64,000 nucleotides of DNA from assembly GCA_049687935.1 (NCBI GenBank), contig JBAVJU010000199.1, positions 7,727 to 71,726 on the forward strand. The letters are read 5' to 3'. The translations under genes were made by a program, and so were the position numbers. Below the pieces are notes generated by a model. The model was not told where the DNA came from. It saw nothing but the letters and a program-made list of their open reading frames with translations, and did not search any database. Every line of letters begins with the position of its first letter. The first letter of the stretch is position 1. This DNA comes from Desulfobacterales bacterium (GTDB taxonomy: Bacteria > Desulfobacterota > Desulfobacteria > Desulfobacterales > SG8-13). Below, piece by piece: positions 10,628 through 20,600 of the stretch.

Positions 10628-10687
10628 CAGGGACATGGTATGTTCTCTTTTTTTGAAATTGAACCATGCCCTGAAATGGACTATATA
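10628..10687 (+). promoter_or_regulatory. Candidate promoter (TTGAAC-17-TATATA) overlapped by an imperfect inverted repeat
   Basis: CAGGGACATGGT (10628-10639) pairs with ACCATGCCCTG (10663-10673). TTGAAC lies at 10659-10664 and TATATA at 10682-10687, about 55 nt upstream of the CDS at 10743. Confidence 0.3.
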
Positions 10688-10742
10688 AGGGATCCACTAC
10701 GGCGTCATACTCGAGAGCAGATCATAAAAAAGCGGAGGTTGA

Positions 10743-11159
10743 ATGAGTTTATCTGATAAACACCAAGATGATAACCAGCCCGATCCGGCTATCACCCGGG
10801 AAATCCAAGTGCGCCTTCGAAAAGATGCGCTGGCGTGTGCCGTTGCCTTTGACATAGCCGGAAAACTGGGTTGCACGCCGGCCGAGGTCGGCCGGACGGC
10901 CGACCTGCTGCACATTCGTCTCGTCAAGTGTCAGCTGGGACTGTTTGGATACAAGCCGCAGAAAAAGATCGTCGATGCGCGCATGCCGCAGGCGCCGGCG
11001 CTCGGTGACGCCATCCGAGACGGGCTGGTCGACGATCGCCTGCCATGCAAAACGGCCTGGCGTATCGCCGCGCAATTCGGGGTGCCGAAGATGACGGTTA
11101 GCAGCGCCTGCGAAGCCTTGGGTATCAAAATCAAGCCGTGTCAACTCGGCGCATTCTGA
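10743..11159 (+). CDS. Hypothetical protein built from two tandem copies of a ~45-aa Cys-containing module
   Basis: The start has a GGAGG RBS (agcGGAGGttgaATG). The two halves align: L..D.L.C..A..IA...G.....V......L.I.....CQLG.F. I do not recognise a family. Confidence 0.55.
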   Translation: MSLSDKHQDDNQPDPAITREIQVRLRKDALACAVAFDIAGKLGCTPAEVGRTADLLHIRLVKCQLGLFGYKPQKKIVDARMPQAPALGDAIRDGLVDDRLPCKTAWRIAAQFGVPKMTVSSACEALGIKIKPCQLGAF

Positions 11160-11178
11160 GGGTCCTGCGGGCCTGGTT

Positions 11179-11470
11179 GGCCCGTTAGCCCGTTGAGCCC
11201 GTTGACCAGTTGAAGGATATCTCCCTATTGTTGTTTGTCCTTTTTCCCGTTTTGCGGCAGAAAATACGTCAATATTCGAGGACCAAAATGTATTTTGGAT
11301 TCGCGCAGCTGATGGAATCATTAAATTTTCGGGCTATGATTTTTTAGACCTATTGGCAGTTTACGATCCCACATTAGAGCTTACCTTTCCAACTATTCAC
11401 CGGCTAAACCGTCTCAACCGGCAAACCGGCTCAACGGGCAAAACGGACTAAACCGGCTAACCGGCCAACG
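11179..11470. repeat. Two inverted arrays of 9-bp-periodic repeats (consensus about CCGTTnAGC) flanking an AT-rich ~185-bp core
   Basis: The left array, 11179-11216, reads on the + strand. The right array, 11399-11470, reads on the - strand. A 12-nt exact inverted match is GCCCGTTGAGCC (11188-11199) with 11428-11439. Confidence 0.5.
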
Positions 11471-11490
11471 GCCCCCAAGGGCCGTTGGCC
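11463..11490. terminator. Perfect 12-bp GC-rich hairpin between convergent genes
   Basis: GGCCAACGGCCC-ccaa-GGGCCGTTGGCC sits immediately 3' of the minus-strand MBL gene stop at 11491. There is no strong U-tract. Confidence 0.45.
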
Positions 11491-12126
11491 TTAAAGCATC
11501 CCGTTTTCGCCCACAAAGGGATTGGTGCGGCGTTCTTTACCGACTGTGGTCGGTTCCATGTGGCCCGGATAAACGATCACGTCGTCGGCGAGTGAAAACA
11601 GCTTGGCTTGAATATTTTGTTTCAATGTTGCGGCATTGCCGCCCGGAAAATCGGTGCGTCCGACCGAACCGGCAAAAAGGGTGTCGCCGACGAAAACGCA
11701 ACCATCGGTGAAAAGCGATATGCCCCCCTGAGTGTGGCCGGGCGTGTGAAGCACCTTCAGGGTAATGGTGCCGAAGGTGACCGTGTCGCCTTCTTCCAGC
11801 ATCCGGTCCGGAGCGGGTGAATCCTCCGCCGACAGCCCCCAGGAGGCGGCGCTGGCAGAAAGCTGGTCCAGCATCGGTGCATCGAGGCGGTGAATGAGAA
11901 TCGGGGCGCCGGTGACATCCTTGAGGCGTTTGTTTGCACCGACATGGTCGAAATGGCCATGGGTGTTGATGATGTAGCGGAGCTTCAAGTTGGAGCGGGC
12001 CAGGGTCATCAAAATCCGATCGGCCTCACCACCCGGATCGATCACGACGGCTTCCCGCGTTTCTTCACAGCCCAAGATGTAGCAATTGGCCTGAATTGGT
12101 CCGACTGTCAACGATTCGATAATCAA
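11491..12126 (-). CDS. MBL-fold metallo-hydrolase (glyoxalase II-like)
   Basis: INTHGHFDHVGAN metal-binding motif. I prefer the TTG start at 12126, which is preceded by AAGGAGG. The track ORF extends to 12216 with no homology in the extension. Confidence 0.85.
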   Translation of the reverse strand: MIIESLTVGPIQANCYILGCEETREAVVIDPGGEADRILMTLARSNLKLRYIINTHGHFDHVGANKRLKDVTGAPILIHRLDAPMLDQLSASAASWGLSAEDSPAPDRMLEEGDTVTFGTITLKVLHTPGHTQGGISLFTDGCVFVGDTLFAGSVGRTDFPGGNAATLKQNIQAKLFSLADDVIVYPGHMEPTTVGKERRTNPFVGENGML

Positions 12127-12255
12127 AGGATCCTCCTTAACCGGGACGACCGGGCACGCCTTTCTGCGCTCGAACGGAGTTGCGGCCGTCCCGCTGAAAA
12201 AGATGTCTAGGGTCACTGGCTCGAGCGGGTAAATTATTTTTCGCAGCCATTTTCC

Positions 12256-12708
12256 TCAATCAGCCGGTTGCGGGTGACTGTCGGGGATTTTCTGAAGGGA
12301 CAGGGCTTCGCTGTCGATTCGAACGCTGTCCAGAATTCCGTTGATGAAGGCGCCAGATTCTTCGGTGCCGTATTTTTTGCCGATGTCGATGGCTTCGTTG
12401 ATGGACACTTTAGCCGGAATGTCACTGCAAAAAAGCATCTCATAAACGGCAATGCGCATGATGTTCCGATCGACGCACGACATGCGACTGAGGCGCCAGT
12501 TGAGCGAGAAGCGTTCGATCAACTGGTCGATCAAGGCCCTGGATCCAATGACGCCCCGGATCAGTTCCAGGAAGAACGGACGGGCCTTGGCGGGTGGATC
12601 ATAGTGATCGCAGAACCGCTGCAGCATCTCTTCGGACGTATCGCTGGTCACGTCCATGCAAAATAGAGCTTGCAGCGCAAGTTCGCGGGCTTTGCGGCGA
12701 ATTCCCAT
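12256..12708 (-). CDS. nusB: Transcription antitermination factor NusB
   Basis: RRKARELALQALF start and the conserved position directly after ribH. Confidence 0.93.
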   Translation of the reverse strand: MGIRRKARELALQALFCMDVTSDTSEEMLQRFCDHYDPPAKARPFFLELIRGVIGSRALIDQLIERFSLNWRLSRMSCVDRNIMRIAVYEMLFCSDIPAKVSINEAIDIGKKYGTEESGAFINGILDSVRIDSEALSLQKIPDSHPQPAD

Positions 12709-12710
12709 GT

Positions 12711-13184
12711 TCAGGCCTGTGTGACGGTCCCCATCAAATTGGCCATTTCCACCGCCGACATGGCGGCTTGCCAGCCTTTGTTGCCGGACTTGGTGCCGGC
12801 CCTATCGATCGCCTGTTCGACCGTGTCGGTTGTCAGTACACCGAAGATGACCGGCAGTCCAAAGTCCAGACCGACCTGGGCCACGCCTTTGCTGACCTCA
12901 GCGCAGACATAGTCAAAATGCGGCGTGGCCCCTCGAATCACCGCTCCGAGACAGATCACGGCATCGTAGCGGCCCGTCTGGGCTGCTTTTTTAGCCGCCA
13001 GCGGTATTTCGAAGGATCCCGGTACTTTTATGATTTGAATGTCGTTTTCCTTCGCACCGGTGCGTGTCAGCGCATCCAGTGCTCCACTCAGCAATTTTTC
13101 GGTGATAAAATCATTGAAACGGCTGACCACGATCCCAAAGCGTTTGCCTTTGGCGATGAGCTGTCCTTCCAGGATTTTCACCAT
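12711..13184 (-). CDS. ribH: 6,7-dimethyl-8-ribityllumazine synthase
   Basis: [17 protein letters not shown]...VPGSFEIP...[19 protein letters not shown]. Confidence 0.95.
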   Translation of the reverse strand: MVKILEGQLIAKGKRFGIVVSRFNDFITEKLLSGALDALTRTGAKENDIQIIKVPGSFEIPLAAKKAAQTGRYDAVICLGAVIRGATPHFDYVCAEVSKGVAQVGLDFGLPVIFGVLTTDTVEQAIDRAGTKSGNKGWQAAMSAVEMANLMGTVTQA

Positions 13185-13266
13185 TTCGACTCCTCCCGGT
13201 TTTAGGGTTCACGAAAGAATGGGACGGTACTTCAGAGTGAGCCCTTCGTTTGATCAGGTTGGCGAA

Positions 13267-14520
13267 TTATTGATGCGATATCGGGTTGATGACGCTGTCA
13301 TCGTCAATATGCAGCAAATGGCCCATCTTCAGTTTTTTGCACTCGAGATAGCAGCGGTTGTATTCGTTCGGTTGGACCTCTATAGGAATCTGCTCCACGA
13401 TTGTCAGTCCATAGCCTTCCAGCCCGATCATTTTTTTGGGATTGTTGGTCAAAAGGCGCATCTTCCGGACCCCCAGGTTGACGAGCATCTGGGCTCCCAA
13501 GCCGTAATCGCGCATATCGGCCTTGAAACCGAGCCTGCGGTTGGCTTCGACGGTGTCGAGTCCCTGCTTGCGCTGCAATTCGTAAGCCTTCAGTTTATTG
13601 ACCAGCCCGATTCCCCGGCCTTCCTGGCGCAGGTAGAGAATGACGCCGACCCCTTCCTTTTCGATCATGGACATGGCCTTATGGAGCTGGTCGCCGCAGT
13701 CGCAGCGCAGCGAGCCGAAAATATCACCCGTCATGCACTCCGAATGGACCCTGACCATAACGGGTTTTTCAGGCTCGATCTGGCCCTTGACCAGTGCAAT
13801 GTGCAGCAATTGGTCGACGTCGTTCTCGAACGCAATCATCCTGAATTCGCCGCCGTGTTGGGTGGGGATGACGGATTCGGCCGCGCGATGAACGAAGGCT
13901 TCGTTTTTCATACGGTATTCGACCAGATCGGCAATGGTGCAAATGCCGATGCCGTGTTCCTGGCTGAATTTTTCCAGGGCCGGCATGCGCGCCATGGTGC
14001 CGTCTTCATCCATGATTTCACAGATGACACCGGCCGGTTTCAACCCGGCCATACGCGCCAGGTCGACCGAGCCTTCGGTCTGACCGACACGGACCATCAC
14101 GCCGCCCTCACGGGCGCGCAACGGGAAAATATGACCGGGACGGACGAGGTCGCTCGGCTTGGCGTTGTCCGCTACCGCGGTGTGAATGGTTCTGGCACGA
14201 TCGGCGGCCGATATGCCGGTCGTCACGCCGCAGCGGGCCTCTATCGATACGGTGAACCCGGTCTGAAAGGCCGAGGTGTTGTTGTCAACCATCATCGGCA
14301 GATCGAGCTTGTCGATCATCGCGTTCGACATGGCCAGACAAACCAGGCCGCGCCCGTATTTTGCCATGAAATTGATGGCCTCGGGCGTTACTTTCTCGGC
14401 CGCCATGCACAGGTCGCCTTCGTTTTCGCGGTCTTCGTCATCCACCAGAATAACCATCCGACCGGCCTTTATTTCTTCGACGGCTTTTTCGATTTCAAGA
14501 ATTGGCATCTCGACGCTCAC
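13267..14520 (-). CDS. ribBA: Bifunctional 3,4-dihydroxy-2-butanone-4-phosphate synthase / GTP cyclohydrolase II
   Basis: DRENEGDL in the DHBP synthase half and RVHSECMTGDIFGSLRCDCG in the GCH II half. Confidence 0.95.
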   Translation of the reverse strand: MSVEMPILEIEKAVEEIKAGRMVILVDDEDRENEGDLCMAAEKVTPEAINFMAKYGRGLVCLAMSNAMIDKLDLPMMVDNNTSAFQTGFTVSIEARCGVTTGISAADRARTIHTAVADNAKPSDLVRPGHIFPLRAREGGVMVRVGQTEGSVDLARMAGLKPAGVICEIMDEDGTMARMPALEKFSQEHGIGICTIADLVEYRMKNEAFVHRAAESVIPTQHGGEFRMIAFENDVDQLLHIALVKGQIEPEKPVMVRVHSECMTGDIFGSLRCDCGDQLHKAMSMIEKEGVGVILYLRQEGRGIGLVNKLKAYELQRKQGLDTVEANRRLGFKADMRDYGLGAQMLVNLGVRKMRLLTNNPKKMIGLEGYGLTIVEQIPIEVQPNEYNRCYLECKKLKMGHLLHIDDDSVINPISHQ

Positions 14521-14603
14521 TCCTTTTGAGTCTGACGGTAAAGCAGAAGAAGCGATCCGCGCCCGGCAGGTTTGCGCAGGCCACAGAGAACTCCATTAGT
14601 TTG

Positions 14604-15269
14604 TTACAGGTATCCTTTTTTAGATATAAAATCATGGTCAACGGTCTCGGACCGCTTTGCAGGTGCGGTCTTTTCGGTTCTTCTTCCAGAGAAAAACCGC
14701 TCGACATATTTGCCGATCATGTCGGTTTCGATGTTGACTGCGGCACCGATTTTTTTGAGCCGCAGTGTCGTTGCCAGCCACGTGTGCGGAATGATGCTGA
14801 CCTCGAACCCGTCTGCGGTGCACCGGTTGATGGTCAAGCTGATGCCGTCCACTGCCACCGATCCCTTCTCGATCAGGTACCGGGAAAGTGAGGCGTCGAC
14901 GCAGATGGTGAGGATAGTGGCGTTTGCTTTTGTGACGATAGCCTTTATGATCCCGATCCCGTCGATGTGACCCGAAACCAGGTGGCCGTCGAGGCGATCG
15001 GAAAAACGCAGGGCCCGTTCGAGATTGACCCGCTCACCGGCTCGCGCCGTACCGAAGGTCGTGCGGTCGATCGTCTCGGGGGACACATCGGCCTCGAAGC
15101 GTTTGCCGGATATCATCACGGCCGTCAGACAGGCGCCGCTGACGGCGATGCTGTCACCGACCCGGGTTCCCTCCAGCACATAATCCGCCGTGATCGCCAG
15201 ACGCCGGGCCTGACCGACAGAGCGAACGGCAGTGATGCTCCCCATCCCTTCTATGATGCCGGTGAACAT
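14604..15269 (-). CDS. ribE: Riboflavin synthase
   Basis: MFTGIIEGMG start and a duplicated lumazine-binding repeat (GDSIAVSGACLT / GSVAVDGISLT). Confidence 0.93.
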   Translation of the reverse strand: MFTGIIEGMGSITAVRSVGQARRLAITADYVLEGTRVGDSIAVSGACLTAVMISGKRFEADVSPETIDRTTFGTARAGERVNLERALRFSDRLDGHLVSGHIDGIGIIKAIVTKANATILTICVDASLSRYLIEKGSVAVDGISLTINRCTADGFEVSIIPHTWLATTLRLKKIGAAVNIETDMIGKYVERFFSGRRTEKTAPAKRSETVDHDFISKKGYL

Positions 15270-16361
15270 TCAAACATACCCCTCGATCATCACATCTTCG
15301 CCGATACAATGCACCTGCATTTTTTTTATCGGCAGGCAGTCTTTCATCAGCTCCGGTCCCGGTCCACGGCAGATCGGCACCCCATCGTCGCCGCCCAGAA
15401 TTTTCGGTGCAAAAAAGAAAATCACCTTATCGACGATGCCGGCCCTGAAAGCCGAGGCGATAACGCGGCCGCCGCCTTCCACCAGCAGGCTGGTCACCTC
15501 TGCCGCCCCGATGGCAGCCATCAGTCGGTCAAGGTCGATCCGGCCCTCTTTAAGCGGGGAGGATAAAATCCGCACGCCTTTTTCTTCGAGCCGTCTTTTT
15601 TTTTCTTCAGGGACCACGGGTCCGGTCACGACGGTGGTACCGGTGGCGGCGCCTCCTTGCAGCACGCGGGCATTTTCGGAGATCGACAAATGCGTGTCCA
15701 GGATGTACCGCTGCGGGTCCTTGCCGTGAAACCCGTTGATGCGGGTTGTCAGGCCGGGATCGTCACTTCTGACCGTATTCACCCCGACCATGATGGCATC
15801 CGAGGCGTGGCGCAGGCGGTGAACCCGTTCACGCGACGCTTCCCCCGAAACCCACCTGGCATCGCCGGTTCGGGTGGCGATACGACCGTCCAGCGTCGCG
15901 GCGCACTTGACGGTGACAAACGGCCGCCGGGTGAGCGCGTACTTGATGAAGACCTCGTTTAAACGTGCCGCAGAATCTTCACAAACGCCGCTGGTAACCG
16001 CAATACCTTTTTCTGACAGAAACACGAGACCGCCTCCGCTAACATCCGGGTTCGGGTCCCGCATGGCCACCACGACCCGCCGGATACCGGTCGCCAGAAT
16101 CTTTTCCGTGCACGGCGGGGTTCGGCCGGTGTGATTGCAGGGCTCGAGCGTAACGTAAAGTGTTCCTCCCCGCGCTTCCGGGCCCGCGTCTTCGATGGCG
16201 TTGACCTCGGCATGGGGTTGGCCGGCTGCCGCGTGATAGCCTTTTCCGACGATTCGGTTGTCCTTTACGACAACCGCACCGACCATTGGGTTGGGTGAGG
16301 TGAACCCCGTTCCCTTTTGCGCCAGTTCGAGCGCGAGCAGCATGTACTTTTCGTCTTCCAT
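15270..16361 (-). CDS. ribD: Bifunctional diaminohydroxyphosphoribosylaminopyrimidine deaminase / 5-amino-6-(5-phosphoribosylamino)uracil reductase
   Basis: Deaminase motif HAEVNA...PCNHTGRTPPC followed by the reductase domain. I prefer the start at the ATG at 16361 (MEDEKYM). Confidence 0.93.
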   Translation of the reverse strand: MEDEKYMLLALELAQKGTGFTSPNPMVGAVVVKDNRIVGKGYHAAAGQPHAEVNAIEDAGPEARGGTLYVTLEPCNHTGRTPPCTEKILATGIRRVVVAMRDPNPDVSGGGLVFLSEKGIAVTSGVCEDSAARLNEVFIKYALTRRPFVTVKCAATLDGRIATRTGDARWVSGEASRERVHRLRHASDAIMVGVNTVRSDDPGLTTRINGFHGKDPQRYILDTHLSISENARVLQGGAATGTTVVTGPVVPEEKKRRLEEKGVRILSSPLKEGRIDLDRLMAAIGAAEVTSLLVEGGGRVIASAFRAGIVDKVIFFFAPKILGGDDGVPICRGPGPELMKDCLPIKKMQVHCIGEDVMIEGYV

Positions 16362-16438
16362 GATATGACGTGTCCGGTCCGGCAATCGGCGGAGCAAAGC
16401 GGGCTGCACCACAACCGCCGGTGTTCGACCAAGACGGT

Positions 16439-16900
16439 TCAGGACGACTGCTGGTTGAGAAGATTTTTCAACTCGGAGACGAAGTCATTGACATCCTTGA
16501 ATTCACGATAGACCGATGCGAACCGAACATAGGCCACGCCGTCGAGATCGTGCAGCCGGGCCATGACCTTTTCACCCAGAATGTGAGAGGGGATTTCTTT
16601 TTCACCGATTTCCCTGAGATCCCGTTCGAGCTCATCGATGAACTCTTCGATCGCGTTCATACTGATATTGCGTTTTTCGCAAGCCTTTTGAATGCCGGAG
16701 CGTATTTTTTCCCGCGAAAACTCTTCGCGACGCCCATCCTTCTTTATAATCATGATTGGGATTTCTTCAATGTGTTCATAGGTCGTGAACCGTCGGGTGC
16801 AGATCAGACATTCGCGGCGCCTGCGAATGACATTGCCGTCTTTACTCAACCTGGAGTCGATGACCTTGTTGTCGATTTCACCGCAAAACGGGCATTTCAT
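16439..16900 (-). CDS. nrdR: Transcriptional repressor NrdR
   Basis: MKCPFCG...zinc ribbon plus an ATP-cone. Confidence 0.95.
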   Translation of the reverse strand: MKCPFCGEIDNKVIDSRLSKDGNVIRRRRECLICTRRFTTYEHIEEIPIMIIKKDGRREEFSREKIRSGIQKACEKRNISMNAIEEFIDELERDLREIGEKEIPSHILGEKVMARLHDLDGVAYVRFASVYREFKDVNDFVSELKNLLNQQSS

Positions 16901-17379
16901 GGAGGTCCTCCCTGATTGCTGAGGTCGTCATGTTTGATCAGATCGATCCCTGCTTCGCTTAGCATTTCCTGGGCCAGGGCGTCGCTATAGCCGGATTGAT
17001 AGTATATTTTTTTGATCCCGGCGTTGATAATCATTTTGGCGCAGATGACACAGGGTTGATTGGTGCAGTAAAGTACGGCGTTGTTTACCGAAACGCCGTG
17101 ATACGCCGCCTGTATGATGGCATTCTGCTCGGCATGTATGCCGCGGCACAGCTCATGGCGTTCGCCCGAGGGAACCTGCAGGGATTCCCGCAGGCAACCG
17201 ACCTCCAGACAGTGACGGATGCCCGATGGGGCGCCGTTGTAACCGGTTGAGAGGATGCGTTTGTCTTTGACGATGATCGCCCCGACAGCCCTGCGGGTGC
17301 AAGTGGACCGCTGAGCCACCAGAGTGGTGATGTTCATGAAGTATGTATCCCACGAAGGGCGTTGTGTAACCCGGGACAT
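16897..17379 (-). CDS. dCMP/cytidylate deaminase family protein
   Basis: HAEQNAI...PCVICAKMI zinc-binding motifs in a ComEB/dCMP deaminase-like arrangement. Confidence 0.85.
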   Translation of the reverse strand: MSRVTQRPSWDTYFMNITTLVAQRSTCTRRAVGAIIVKDKRILSTGYNGAPSGIRHCLEVGCLRESLQVPSGERHELCRGIHAEQNAIIQAAYHGVSVNNAVLYCTNQPCVICAKMIINAGIKKIYYQSGYSDALAQEMLSEAGIDLIKHDDLSNQGGPP

Positions 17380-17382
17380 GAA

Positions 17383-18645
17383 TCAAAAGGCCTCCGTGCC
17401 GAATTCCGGATAGAGCGGAAAGCCGTCGCACAGATCGACGGTCTTGCTGCGGATGCGCCGAAGTTCAGCATCGTTTCCGCGGTTCTTCAGCGCTTCGTCG
17501 ATGAGCCCCGCGATGACCGCCATCTCCGGTTCCCGCATACCGCGCGACGTTGCGGCCGGTGTGCCGATTCGAAAACCGCTGGTGACCAACGGGCTCAGGG
17601 GGTCGAAGGGGATCGCGTTCTTGTTCACGGTTATGCCGGCCCGGCCCAGGACATCCTCGGCCTCTTTACCGGTGATGCCGTGTTGGCGCAGATCCACCAG
17701 CATCATGTGGTTGTCTGTACCACCCGACACCAGTTGCAATCCTGTTTCCATCAATCCTCGCGCAAGAGCGTTGGCGTTTTTAACAACGTTCACCTGATAC
17801 GACGCAAACTCGGGGCTCAGGGCTTCCTTGAACGCCACTGCCTTGGCGGCGATGACATGCATCAACGGTCCGCCCTGTATTCCCGGAAAAATTTGCTTGT
17901 TCAAGCGGTCGCCGTGGTCGGCCTGGGCCAGAATCAGCCCACCGCGTGGACCCCGCAGGGTTTTGTGGGTGGTTGACGTTACGATGTCGGCAAAGGGCAC
18001 TGGTGAGGGATGCAGGCCGGCGGCAACCAAGCCGGCTATATGGGCCATGTCGACCATCAGAGAGGCACCGACGGAAGCCGCCACCTGGGCGAAGCGCTCA
18101 AAGTCGATGATGCGCGGATAGGCGCTGGCACCGGCCACGATCATTTTCGGGCGGTGTTCGTCGGCCAAACGACCCAGGGCCTCATAATCGATGGTGCCGG
18201 TCTCTTCCCGCACGCCGTAAGGAATGAAGTTGAACAATCGGCCGGAAAAGTTGACCGGACTGCCGTGTGTCAGATGACCTCCGTGGGAAAGGTTCATTCC
18301 GAGGACGGTATCGCCGGGTTTGAGAAAGGCCAAATAGACGGCCATGTTGGCCTGGGATCCCGAATGCGGTTGAACGTTGGCGAAGGCCGCATTGAAAAGT
18401 TCCTTGGCGCGGTCGACGGCCAATTTCTCGGCGATGTCGACGAATTCACAGCCGCCGTAGTAGCGCTTGTCCGGATAGCCTTCGGCATATTTGTTGGTCA
18501 GAACGCTTCCCTGCACGGCCATCACTGCCGGGCTGGTGAAATTCTCCGATGCGATCAACTCAAGGGTGGTTCTCTGCCGGGCCAGCTCTTCGGCGATGGT
18601 TCTGGCCATGTCGGGGTCGGTATTTGCGATCAGTTTCAGATTCAA
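17383..18645 (-). CDS. glyA: Serine hydroxymethyltransferase
   Basis: [14 protein letters not shown]...[12 protein letters not shown]. Confidence 0.97.
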   Translation of the reverse strand: MNLKLIANTDPDMARTIAEELARQRTTLELIASENFTSPAVMAVQGSVLTNKYAEGYPDKRYYGGCEFVDIAEKLAVDRAKELFNAAFANVQPHSGSQANMAVYLAFLKPGDTVLGMNLSHGGHLTHGSPVNFSGRLFNFIPYGVREETGTIDYEALGRLADEHRPKMIVAGASAYPRIIDFERFAQVAASVGASLMVDMAHIAGLVAAGLHPSPVPFADIVTSTTHKTLRGPRGGLILAQADHGDRLNKQIFPGIQGGPLMHVIAAKAVAFKEALSPEFASYQVNVVKNANALARGLMETGLQLVSGGTDNHMMLVDLRQHGITGKEAEDVLGRAGITVNKNAIPFDPLSPLVTSGFRIGTPAATSRGMREPEMAVIAGLIDEALKNRGNDAELRRIRSKTVDLCDGFPLYPEFGTEAF

Positions 18646-18669
18646 GAAGCATTCCTTTGTTTCCGTGGT

Positions 18670-19146
18670 TCAGGACGATTCTTGCCCTGACTGGTTGAAC
18701 ATTTCCAGTCGTTTTTGGTGCCGGTCACCGTCGAAGCCGGTGTTCAGCCAGGCATCGACCGTTTCAAGGGCCATGGTTTCACCCAGCATCCGGCCACCGA
18801 GCACGAGGATATTGGCGTCGTTGTGCTGCCGGCTCAAACGGGCTGAAAATGGATCCGAGCAAAGCGCTGCCCGAACATTCCGGAACCTGTTGGCCACCAT
18901 CGACATGCCGATACCGGTGCCGCACAAAAGGATGCCGCGTTCATACAGGCCTTTCGAAATTTGAGAGGCCACCCGCATGGCGAATTCGGGATAGTCGACC
19001 GAGCTCTGGCTGAAAGTTCCGACGTCCTCGACCGGATGCCCTTCATTCACCAGGAAAGACTTTATCTTTTCTTTCAGAGGATATGCAGCGTGATCGCACC
19101 CGATGATGATAGCGGTGTGTGGAGGCTCCAATGGTCTTTTTTCCAT
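18670..19146 (-). CDS. rpiB: Ribose-5-phosphate isomerase B
   Basis: IIIGCDHAAYPLKEKI...GILLCGTGIGMSMVANR. I prefer the start at the ATG at 19146. Confidence 0.9.
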   Translation of the reverse strand: MEKRPLEPPHTAIIIGCDHAAYPLKEKIKSFLVNEGHPVEDVGTFSQSSVDYPEFAMRVASQISKGLYERGILLCGTGIGMSMVANRFRNVRAALCSDPFSARLSRQHNDANILVLGGRMLGETMALETVDAWLNTGFDGDRHQKRLEMFNQSGQESS

Positions 19147-19333
19147 GATCTTCTCCAAGCAATGGTTGCTTTCCGAAGCTGGGGCTGCGGCTGTTTTAAA
19201 ACAATAAAAACTATAAAAAATAACCAATTCATCGCATTACCGCAAGAAAAAAAATTGCCCTCCTGACGGGGGGCATGGAAAGGTTACCGGTCGAATGAGT
19301 GGTGGAATGTGGTGCGGCGACGATACCATCGCC

Positions 19334-20578
19334 TCAATTGTGGTTGTACGCTTTTAGCAGCAGGCAGCCGTTTGTGCCACCAAAGCCGAAGGAATTGGTC
19401 AGGGCATAGGTTATCGGTTGTCGGCGGGTGACGTTGGGCACGTAATCCAGGTCGCACTCCACATCCTGGTTTTCGTAGTTGATGGTCGGCGGAATGATCC
19501 CGTGACGGATCGCGAGAGCACAGAAAACCGTCTCGATGCCGCCGGCGCCGCCGAGCAAGTGCCCGGTCATCGACTTGGTCGAACTGATAGGGATCGAATG
19601 GGCCTTGTCTTTGAAAACCGATTTGATGGCGCGGGTCTCATAAAGATCGTTCAATGGGGTCGATGTTCCGTGGGCGTTGATATAGTCGACCAGGTCGTAA
19701 GAGACCCCGGCATCGTCCAACGCCGCCTGCATGCAGCGCACGGCACCGTCTCCATCGGGTGAGGGTGAGGTCATGTGGTAACCGTCACCGCTCATGCCGT
19801 AACCGACGATCTCGGCATAAATCTTCGCCCCTCTTTCCAGGGCGTGGTCGAGCGATTCGATGATCAGAATTCCGCTTCCTTCACCGACAACAAAACCGTC
19901 TCGATCCCGTTCAAAAGGACGGGAGGCTTTTTGCGGTTCATCGTTACGGGTCGAAAGGGCCTTCATGGCGTTGAAGCCGGCGATGCAGCTCTCGGTGACC
20001 ACGGCTTCGACCCCTCCGGTGATCATGGCATCGGCCGCACCATCCTGGATAATCTTGAAAGAGTCACCAACGGCATGCGCACCGGCGGCACAAGCAGTTG
20101 CAATGGATGCATTCGGCCCCCTGGCGCCGAAATAAATCGATATCATGCCGGGGGCCATATTGCCGATCATCATCGGGATGAAAAAGGGAGAAACGCGTTT
20201 GGGGCCGCGAGTTTTCACCGAAAAAATAGTCCGCTCCATGACCTGCAGGCCGCCCAGGCCGCAGCCGGTGATCACCCCCACGCGGTGTCCGTTGGAACTG
20301 TTGATTTTCAAGCCGGAGTCTTCGATTGCCATACGGGAGGCGGCGATCGCATACGCGATAAAAAGCTCGGTTCGGTTGACCTCCTTTGCGAAGAGCCAGT
20401 CTTCATTGCGAAAGCCCTTTACTTCACCGGCAATCTTGGTCTGGTAGTTGGAGGTATTGAACCGTGTAATTTCGCCGATGCCAGACTTTCCAGCACAGAG
20501 CGCCGGCCAGGTTTCATCGACACCGATACCCAGCGGTGTCACCAGTCCGACGCCGGTAATGACGACCCGTTTCTTCAA
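19334..20578 (-). CDS. fabF: Beta-ketoacyl-ACP synthase II
   Basis: KKRVVITGVGLVTPLG, with active-site regions ATACAAG and HGTSTPLND. I prefer the TTG start at 20578, which follows GGAGG. The ATG of the track ORF would overlap acpP. Confidence 0.93.
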   Translation of the reverse strand: MKKRVVITGVGLVTPLGIGVDETWPALCAGKSGIGEITRFNTSNYQTKIAGEVKGFRNEDWLFAKEVNRTELFIAYAIAASRMAIEDSGLKINSSNGHRVGVITGCGLGGLQVMERTIFSVKTRGPKRVSPFFIPMMIGNMAPGMISIYFGARGPNASIATACAAGAHAVGDSFKIIQDGAADAMITGGVEAVVTESCIAGFNAMKALSTRNDEPQKASRPFERDRDGFVVGEGSGILIIESLDHALERGAKIYAEIVGYGMSGDGYHMTSPSPDGDGAVRCMQAALDDAGVSYDLVDYINAHGTSTPLNDLYETRAIKSVFKDKAHSIPISSTKSMTGHLLGGAGGIETVFCALAIRHGIIPPTINYENQDVECDLDYVPNVTRRQPITYALTNSFGFGGTNGCLLLKAYNHN

Positions 20579-20600
20579 AGAGGGCCTCCTTCTGACGACC

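Noticed and set aside
11179-11470. The possibility that the periodic repeats are a CRISPR array.
   Set aside because: The repeat unit is only 9 bp, contiguous and without spacers, and no cas genes are present. This is not CRISPR architecture.
16362-16438. An expected FMN riboswitch upstream of the rib operon.
   Set aside because: The gap between nrdR and ribD is far too short for an RFN element. No RFN-like conserved core (GGGGCAGGGTGAAATTCCC-type) is visible anywhere upstream of ribD, ribE or ribBA.
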